From a virus: DNA of 64,000 bases. The notes under the pieces were generated by a model, which had not been told where the DNA came from, ran no database searches, and was given only the letters and a program-made list of their open reading frames with translations. Within the stretch, counting starts at the first letter, position 1. Each line of letters starts with the position of its first letter. The DNA is taken from the IMG/VR virus record IMGVR_UViG_3300014208_000003, positions 32,001 through 96,000 of that record. One strand, 5' to 3'. Shown in pieces: positions 57,433-64,000 of the stretch. The translations under genes were made by a program, and so were the position numbers.

Positions 57433-57447
57433 GCAAAATCAATGCCA
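57433..57447 (-). promoter_or_regulatory. Sigma54-type promoter TGGCA-N6-TTGC upstream of hsp20
   Basis: TGGCATTGATTTTGC with canonical -24/-12 spacing. Confidence 0.6.
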
Positions 57448-57498
57448 GAAAATATTCCGGAAAATTCCAATAAAAACAAGCATTGACAAAATAATGTT

Positions 57499-58248
57499 TC
57501 ATACTTGTACTAGCTGTGTTTCATTTGGTTGAACAATTTCTCTCGGAATAGATACCAAAGAAGAACAGTCGTCACACAAACCAACCAATGCATTCTTATG
57601 GATTTTATTATTTAAAAAAATATCTTGTGTATATAATGTAGCCGATGAAATTTTATTACACTTCTGACAATACACAATCATCATATCCGATTCTTTTCTT
57701 ATATGTTTTTTATGAACCAATTTTCTTGTCTGTGCTTTCACTGGTTCATTATACATTAATAATTTTCCGTCTATAATATCTCCCATTCCTCTTGTTAAAA
57801 TTGTGTGATGATTTGGACACAATATTATCAAATTTTCGGGACTGTTATTTTTTCTATTAAAATCTATATGATGTACGTCTAAACAACTCGATTCCAAAAA
57901 CCATCCACATATTTCACATTTGTTTTCTCTGGTTCTTAAAGTTATAATTCTATAATCCTCGCCCTCTAACTTCTTTTTGTTTCTAAAAGTATTATAACAA
58001 GCATATGTACAAAAATGTTTTCCTGTGTCAGATCTAGGCATATAACAATTGTGTTTTTCAAACTCTGTCCCACATTCCGTACATTTAACTATAGTTCTAT
58101 AAAATTGTCTCTGTTTGTTATAATAATTGTTACTGCATATTTTATTACAAAAATTTATATTATTTTTTAACGATAGTAATTTTGTACATTCTTTCCCACA
58201 AAACCCACAATTAAAATCAAATCTTTTTGCTGGTTCAAAAATAGACAT
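57499..58248 (-). mobile_element. HNH endonuclease with zinc-finger repeats
   Basis: CEICG, LDVHHIDFNRKNNSPENLIILCPNHH; CxxC...FCxxxC repeats. Confidence 0.8.
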
Positions 58249-58249
58249 A

Positions 58250-58510
58250 TCAATAAGGAGCCTTGTCACCCAATAGAACAGATGCCATATCGTTGTTTGA
58301 CAGATTCTTACGATATGCCTTCTTCCCGTATGTATAATCGTAGGCGCCCGGACAATCAAAACTCTGACCATCGAAACAAGTTTTTATAACCAATTTTCCT
58401 TCTTTACATTTCGGACATATTTCAGGAGGATTCATATCTTTAGGAACGGATGGACTTGTCGAATACTCTTCTTGAAAATCACACTTTGAACATTTGTAAT
58501 CGTATAACAT
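58250..58510 (-). CDS. FmdB-family zinc-ribbon protein
   Basis: YDYKCSKC...CPKC. Confidence 0.75.
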   Translation of the reverse strand: MLYDYKCSKCDFQEEYSTSPSVPKDMNPPEICPKCKEGKLVIKTCFDGQSFDCPGAYDYTYGKKAYRKNLSNNDMASVLLGDKAPY

Positions 58511-58827
58511 TATAACTCCAATAAATTTTTAAGTTTTTGTTTTATTGTTTTTTGTTGTAGCTTTAGAGTAAGTTCATCTATTTTATTTCTTGCCTCGTTT
58601 ACCGCATTATAAAGAAAAGAATTGTCCGGAATATAACAAATTTTATCTCCTCTAATTTTTTCAATAGACGTAGAAACAAATTTTTTAGTGTTGAAGTTTT
58701 GGTTTAAATTTCTCGCATGTACATTTGAACTACATAAAATTTTCACATCTTTTACAGAACTTATTTTTGTTGTATACCCGATTTGTCTTCTGTTGGCAAT
58801 CTCTTCTAACAATTCAAAATTTCTCAT
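58510..58827 (-). CDS. Hypothetical protein
   Basis: Coupled ORF. Confidence 0.5.
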   Translation of the reverse strand: MRNFELLEEIANRRQIGYTTKISSVKDVKILCSSNVHARNLNQNFNTKKFVSTSIEKIRGDKICYIPDNSFLYNAVNEARNKIDELTLKLQQKTIKQKLKNLLEL

Positions 58828-59519
58828 ATCAACTCCTCTATTATAATTTCCGCACCTTGTTTCAAATTTTCCAGTGAACCATTATTATCAACCGTATAAA
58901 CAAATTCAGTAAAGTTATCCAAAGCAGTTTCTGATTCATGTTCATTGACTGTATTTATAGAATCGTTTTTTCTTTCGACCCTTACTGTAATAAGTTCGTA
59001 TTTATCACTTTGCATATTTTCTATTTCATTAGGGAATCTGACATCAGTAATTAAAATAAAATCTGCCTTACTGTTCAAAACTCTTTCTTTAGTTTGATTG
59101 ATCCAGAAATTATCTTCAACACGTTTCCGGAATATTTCTGTACCATATATTTGTAATAGTCTTCTTGTAATTTCTGTTTTATTTTCGTACCAATTTTCAT
59201 CAGCTATTTTCAACGATTCTATTTCACTATATATCTGATTAAATCTATGTCGTAAAGGTAGCATATCAACATCCCACTGAGAGGCATAATTACACATATC
59301 ATCCAGAACATCCCGAACCAAGGATTTTAATTTATCAGAATAATTATTAAGATATTTCTGTACTTCTTGAAAATCATGTTTGGAACCGTCTTTAACACCT
59401 TTTGCGAACAGATCCATTTCAACAGTTCTTCCCTTTGCTTCTAGAGATTGTTTCATAAAATCTGCTAGTTGGTTTTTTCCTGAACGCATTTTTCCGCTTA
59501 ACAAGATGACACTTTTCAT
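58824..59519 (-). CDS. Deoxynucleoside monophosphate kinase (T4 gp1-like)
   Basis: SGKMRSGK, RRLLQIYGTE, ITDVRFPNE, HESE. Confidence 0.85.
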   Translation of the reverse strand: MKSVILLSGKMRSGKNQLADFMKQSLEAKGRTVEMDLFAKGVKDGSKHDFQEVQKYLNNYSDKLKSLVRDVLDDMCNYASQWDVDMLPLRHRFNQIYSEIESLKIADENWYENKTEITRRLLQIYGTEIFRKRVEDNFWINQTKERVLNSKADFILITDVRFPNEIENMQSDKYELITVRVERKNDSINTVNEHESETALDNFTEFVYTVDNNGSLENLKQGAEIIIEELI

Positions 59520-60133
59520 TCATTCTCCTTCTTCAACAGTTCTTTATTTAATTTTTTGAAATATCTGTTTATAAATTTTGTTTCTGTTTCAAATGTTACT
59601 ATAGGATTTTTGTTGTACTCTATAAATTCATCATCAATATAAACGTAATCAATAATCAATCTATCACATAAACCACAGAAAAAGGCATCTTCCGGAATTT
59701 CTTCGGCATCCTTGAACTCATAATAATTACCACAGTTAGGACAAGATATAGAAAACAGTATATCGTTATTTTTCTTTGCTTTGTTGTCAGGATGTTGTTT
59801 TGCGTTTTTTATTTCGGAAAGTTCTTTTTTATATACTTGTTCCGTTTCAAATTCAGTATGTTCACAAAGCCTATAAGATTTTCCTTCAACATCAATCAAA
59901 TCAATAAACCTAAAAGAATCTAGTCCTAATCTTATTTTAATATATCCCGATTCTGTTTCGACTTGGCTCATACAGTTTTCAATACCTTTTAAGTAGCCTA
60001 TTAACCATTCTTTATTTTTACATACAACAGGAACAAAATATTTCGGAACATAAAAGATAATTCCGAAATCATCTATAAATAATATTTTCCGGATTGCTTG
60101 TTCATTTTTATCGAGTAGAATTTCAGGTCGCAT
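59516..60133 (-). CDS. Hypothetical zinc-ribbon protein
   Basis: CPNCG...CGLC. Confidence 0.55.
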   Translation of the reverse strand: MRPEILLDKNEQAIRKILFIDDFGIIFYVPKYFVPVVCKNKEWLIGYLKGIENCMSQVETESGYIKIRLGLDSFRFIDLIDVEGKSYRLCEHTEFETEQVYKKELSEIKNAKQHPDNKAKKNNDILFSISCPNCGNYYEFKDAEEIPEDAFFCGLCDRLIIDYVYIDDEFIEYNKNPIVTFETETKFINRYFKKLNKELLKKENE

Positions 60134-60485
60134 AGTAGGTTTTTATTTTCTTTATTGTTTCTGGTTGTAGTTTTTCGAGTAACATTTCTGCATCAACGGA
60201 ACCTAATTGAAAGAATTCCGAAATCATTTTAATATCTTTTTCGTCTCTCTTTTTTGTTTTAATGTACGGAAGATAGACTTTATAATCTGGTAAAACATTT
60301 TTTAATAACCTTGCGTGAGATTGCTTCGGAATAGTTCTTTTGTTTAATTCTTCGGCAACTGGTAGAAAAATATCCGACATTGAAACACATCTATTAATCA
60401 TATACGGATCATAAGTTGCTAATTCATGTTCCGGAAGATCGGACTTATTCATAAACAAATCATTAACATGTTCAAAAAGTTGCAT
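60123..60485 (-). CDS. Clamp loader small subunit (T4 gp62-like)
   Basis: YDPYMINRCVS; size and proximity to gp44. Confidence 0.7.
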   Translation of the reverse strand: MQLFEHVNDLFMNKSDLPEHELATYDPYMINRCVSMSDIFLPVAEELNKRTIPKQSHARLLKNVLPDYKVYLPYIKTKKRDEKDIKMISEFFQLGSVDAEMLLEKLQPETIKKIKTYYAT

Positions 60486-60493
60486 TTAAACCT

Positions 60494-61366
60494 CTATTCA
60501 ACAATTTCAAGAGTCTTTTTAATCTTTACTAGCGGATCATCTCCTAATAGTTTTACTCTGATATTCTCTGCGTTTGTTTTAATATTCTCTGTCATTAAGT
60601 ATATAGTCCCATCATCTTCGGATTTTATAGACCTTATTTCTTTATACATTTCCTTATACAATATAATCACTTTGTCAGAAACCAGAGTTATTATTTTCCT
60701 CATCTGTTCTCTAGTAATTGTTGATTTAATATTGTACATAAGATCTAAGTATTCTGTAATTATTAAAACCATCATTTCAGTCTTTTGATTACAGAACATT
60801 GTGAATTCTGCTTCGGACATCTCGGTTATATTTGTTGTTTCAATAGATTGTTTTAATGAACTTCTTTTCAAATCATCCAGAACAGTATTAATAAGAACTT
60901 GAAAATACTTATAGTCGCGATGGGTTTTAACATCCTCTTCTTTATCTAATGCCTGACGTAATTCTTGGTAATACTGTTCCGTGAAAATATTCCTGATCTT
61001 TATGTTAACGTCTTCAACCACCATCATTATATGTGTTATTGACTCTTTAAATAGCAGTCTGTCTTTTTCTTCTGCTAGTTTTAAAGTTTCTGTTACAATC
61101 GTTTCCACTAATGACTTTGAACGATCGTCATAATTATAAAAATCAACTGCATTTTTAATCTTCTTACAAACTTCCCCATAAGGACATTCTTTTTGGTTAG
61201 AAGATGTTGTGAATTTGAACGGGCCAACTGATATATTAAGTATCTTTCCTAGAACAGAACTCAGAAGCAAAAGTACAATGAAAACTAAACCGACAGCTAT
61301 CCCCAACACCAATAAAAAGATGTTAGGATTTTTTTGAATTAGATCTACAATTGCATTTAGTTCCAT
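60494..61366 (-). CDS. Late membrane-anchored protein (holin candidate)
   Basis: Single N-terminal TM helix; TCTAAATA 6 nt upstream of ATG. Confidence 0.45.
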   Translation of the reverse strand: MELNAIVDLIQKNPNIFLLVLGIAVGLVFIVLLLLSSVLGKILNISVGPFKFTTSSNQKECPYGEVCKKIKNAVDFYNYDDRSKSLVETIVTETLKLAEEKDRLLFKESITHIMMVVEDVNIKIRNIFTEQYYQELRQALDKEEDVKTHRDYKYFQVLINTVLDDLKRSSLKQSIETTNITEMSEAEFTMFCNQKTEMMVLIITEYLDLMYNIKSTITREQMRKIITLVSDKVIILYKEMYKEIRSIKSEDDGTIYLMTENIKTNAENIRVKLLGDDPLVKIKKTLEIVE

Positions 61367-61697
61367 TATCTGTATTTAGAACTGTTTTCTCTTTCTTTTG
61401 TAGTACTGTCTTTGATGGAGTTGCTTCTAGAATTTTTTCTTCGATGCCAAGATATTCGTAAAGAGCATTGAACTTAGAATCTATCTTATCGTTTAAATCA
61501 GAACGGATGAGCTTTGCTAAATCATATAAATGTGTCATATCATCATCTACTCGTTTAAAATTATCGGCTACATTAATATTCTGATGAAAGGTTGTAAATG
61601 CCCCTACTAATGTTTTTCTTAACCCAAACTCTTTAATAATATTATCGGTCATTTCGTCTTTAATAACATCTAATTCTTTCTTACTGATTCCAAACAT
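61323..61697 (-). CDS. Hypothetical protein
   Basis: AAGGAG SD. Confidence 0.5.
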   Translation of the reverse strand: MFGISKKELDVIKDEMTDNIIKEFGLRKTLVGAFTTFHQNINVADNFKRVDDDMTHLYDLAKLIRSDLNDKIDSKFNALYEYLGIEEKILEATPSKTVLQKKEKTVLNTDNGTKCNCRSNSKKS

Positions 61698-61706
61698 TTT
61701 AACTCC

Positions 61707-61913
61707 TTATTTTGATCCTTTTTCTGTCCACATTTTCTGACATATTAAACAAGTAAAATCCGTATAATATCCATCCTGTACCGGATCGTAGTTACCGAGA
61801 TCTGCCCAGTGTTTCTTTTCAACTTTAAGATGCTCACAATCAGTCTGGACTTTTAATAATTCTGTTTCTAATTTATGAATTTTATCTTTTATTTTCTGGG
61901 CTTTTGTTTTCAT
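61707..61913 (-). CDS. Small hypothetical protein
   Basis: CEH...CLIC. Confidence 0.5.
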   Translation of the reverse strand: MKTKAQKIKDKIHKLETELLKVQTDCEHLKVEKKHWADLGNYDPVQDGYYTDFTCLICQKMWTEKGSK

Positions 61914-62224
61914 ATCTCGCCCCTTAATTTATTTCTTAATGTTACGATCTGGCTTTCATATAATTGACCACCTATACAGAATAATATCTCACCTTTTTTA
62001 TAAATACGAGTTTCCGGAAAGAGCATAGACATTTTATATTTCTTGTATAATTCTTTGTGCTTATCTACATCAAAAATATGAAAGGATAATTTATATTTAT
62101 TCATCATATCATCAACGTGTCTTTTACAGATCGGACAGTATTCCTTAACATATATAACAATGGTCGGAACCTCTTTCTGAATAATACTTTCAAACTCTTC
62201 TTTGGTATCTATAAAATTAACCAT
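61910..62224 (-). CDS. Thioredoxin-like protein
   Basis: YCPICK, DVD, FP. Confidence 0.7.
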   Translation of the reverse strand: MVNFIDTKEEFESIIQKEVPTIVIYVKEYCPICKRHVDDMMNKYKLSFHIFDVDKHKELYKKYKMSMLFPETRIYKKGEILFCIGGQLYESQIVTLRNKLRGEI

Positions 62225-62441
62225 TGTCTTCCTCGAATTTTTTCCATGATTCTTTAAATTTGTGGTATAACGGATTCTCTTTTCTGAAACAGCATTCTTC
62301 CGGAGTTTTTCTAATACAAAGACTAATCATATCACCACACTCATTATGCTTCAAACAAAACCACCGCAAATCTTCTATCAATGGGTTAAGTTCTTTAATA
62401 GTGAACAACACACCTTTATTAAAATCATTTTTCATACGCAC
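62217..62441 (-). CDS. Hypothetical protein
   Basis: Coupled ORF. Confidence 0.45.
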   Translation of the reverse strand: MRMKNDFNKGVLFTIKELNPLIEDLRWFCLKHNECGDMISLCIRKTPEECCFRKENPLYHKFKESWKKFEEDNG

Positions 62442-63388
62442 CCAATCAGTTCAAGAATACACGCTGCTATATGGATTTCTTTATCATTAGCGAAAGAATG
62501 CCATTTCATATAATCCGCAATAATTAATATAGCTTTTCCTTGATTTTCTTTAGGAAGCATTGGAATAAGGTTGTCGAATAATTCTCTGTACAAATCATCT
62601 ATATTAACGTTATTTTCGATTATATATTTTCTTGCATTAGTCAGATCCCTATCCATAATAAATTTAAAGAACTGTTCCTGTAAATTTATTGTTGTGAAAA
62701 TATTCGAATCAATTTTCCCATACATTTCGGAATATAGAGAAAGAGTATTAATCATCCGTCTAATATCAGGATAAAATTTCTCGACAACTTTTACCAATAC
62801 GTCTTCATCATAAATTACTTTTTCAAAATCCAATATCCCTTTAAGTCTCTTTAATATTTTTGGTTTTAACTCTTCAACAACTTCTTTCAAATCAAACGCA
62901 AAAGGAATATTCTGGCAACGCGATTCTCTGAGAGGTTTAATAATTTTATGAATATTATTTGAAGTAAGTATGAAACGACAATATTTATGATACTCTTCTA
63001 TAAATGCTTTCAATGCGTCTTGGAACGTATCAGATGCACGATCACACTCATCTAATATCACAACCTTCATTTTTGTTTTAGACCCTATTCCGACACTCAT
63101 TACAAACCGTTCTATTTCGTTCCTGAGTGTATCAATAGAACCGGACTTTGAAGCATTGATGTAAAGATGTTGTGCACCTATTTCTGTACAAAGAGCTTTA
63201 GCAGTAGATGTTTTACCAGTTCCGGGACTTGTACTATAAAAAAGCATGTTCGGAATATCTTTTTTATTAACCTGTTTCGTGAAGAAGGTTTTTAATGTAG
63301 CGGGTAAAACAAGATCCTTAATAGATTTTGGTCGGAACTTTTCTACCCATAATATATTTGCCATTTCTTGTTTACTCATTACATACAC
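62432..63388 (-). CDS. Clamp loader large subunit (T4 gp44 / RFC-like)
   Basis: LWVEKFRP, PGTGKTS, INAS, ILDECD, SRC, YPDIRR. Confidence 0.92.
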   Translation of the reverse strand: MYVMSKQEMANILWVEKFRPKSIKDLVLPATLKTFFTKQVNKKDIPNMLFYSTSPGTGKTSTAKALCTEIGAQHLYINASKSGSIDTLRNEIERFVMSVGIGSKTKMKVVILDECDRASDTFQDALKAFIEEYHKYCRFILTSNNIHKIIKPLRESRCQNIPFAFDLKEVVEELKPKILKRLKGILDFEKVIYDEDVLVKVVEKFYPDIRRMINTLSLYSEMYGKIDSNIFTTINLQEQFFKFIMDRDLTNARKYIIENNVNIDDLYRELFDNLIPMLPKENQGKAILIIADYMKWHSFANDKEIHIAACILELIGCV

Positions 63389-63689
63389 TCTTTCTCAAAT
63401 CTTTCGATGATACATATCCTATAAAAATCTTTTCTGTTTTATAATATTGGGAACATCTTACTAAAAATGATGCGTAGTAATTTCTAAGTTTTTCCGGAAT
63501 TTCTACCCAACAAACAGGAGCTTTTTCTTTGGCTTCTTTAATACCTATTTCTAAATCAAATTTATCACCTTTTTTATAATTCACTAGAGAATATCCAATC
63601 TGAACTCCATTATTAACTTTTTCACCATAGAAGATTCCGAGTCGTTTTCCGTTATCATCTCGAATATAAGAATAAATAAAATTTTGCAT
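63372..63689 (-). CDS. Hypothetical protein
   Basis: IGYSL....DKFD..IG. Confidence 0.5.
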   Translation of the reverse strand: MQNFIYSYIRDDNGKRLGIFYGEKVNNGVQIGYSLVNYKKGDKFDLEIGIKEAKEKAPVCWVEIPEKLRNYYASFLVRCSQYYKTEKIFIGYVSSKDLRKSVCNE

Positions 63690-63696
63690 ACACGTC

Positions 63697-63999
63697 CTAT
63701 TTTAAATTAAATGGCGAAGTTGTACTGTTATACGCATTTTCGCCCATAAATTTTTTAGCAAACCGCAAATCCTCTATATTTGGTTTGAGTCTATTTTCTA
63801 TCAACCCACACTTTGTACATTTAACTGTATACGCCTCTACGTACTTAAAAAGCCTTGTACCATCATCTTTGAAGTGTCCAAACCAAAAGACTTCTCCCAC
63901 ACCATTATTATCGAAATACTTTAATTTGTGATGTTTAACTTTACACCCAATATTAATAAAAGGAAACGGTAAATATAGAATCCACCAACAAGTACACAA
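63697..63999 (-). CDS. Hypothetical protein, possibly truncated by window edge
   Basis: CTKCG; open to window end. Confidence 0.35.
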   Translation of the reverse strand: MCTCWWILYLPFPFINIGCKVKHHKLKYFDNNGVGEVFWFGHFKDDGTRLFKYVEAYTVKCTKCGLIENRLKPNIEDLRFAKKFMGENAYNSTTSPFNLK

Positions 64000-64000
64000 A

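Noticed and set aside
2111-62774. Numerous short antisense/overlapping ORFs in the track (e.g. 4066, 4834, 17559, 29551, 42945, 51853, 60426)
   Set aside because: They shadow well-supported genes or tRNAs and lack RBS or motifs.

Overview
AT-rich segment of a large T4-like (jumbo) myophage genome using the standard genetic code. The phage call rests on RegA, the gp44/gp62 clamp loader, a gp3-like tail terminator, a dNMP kinase, baseplate/tail-fibre genes and a TCTAAATA late-promoter motif. From left to right: tail/head genes; tRNA-Asn; a ~12 kb cluster of glycosyltransferases, methyltransferases and sugar epimerases with a free-standing GIY-YIG endonuclease; tRNA-Leu; early genes (kinase, DenV-like glycosylase, DNA ligase); a large paralogous small-protein family; a MoxR AAA+ ATPase; a captured three-cassette integron-like array; a late operon with a patatin; a complete PncA-PncB-NadD-NadE + Nudix NAD salvage cluster; RNA ligase and phosphoesterase; a vWA protein; Hsp20; replication genes. 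Main candidates for novelty: (1) 27 paralogues of ~80-105 aa with variable N-termini and a shared C-terminal module (V/I/L)PE-x8/x12-PF(F/L)(E/D)I(D/E)xxR, mostly in divergent arrays around a non-coding GC-skew switch (~32.45 kb); (2) a highly iterated palindrome TTCCGGAA, with ~11-bp-phased TTCNNGAA arrays; (3) a deamidating NAD rebuild pathway distinct from NARP1/NARP2; (4) attC-like cassettes inside the phage. All calls come from reading the sequence by eye; no database searches were run.
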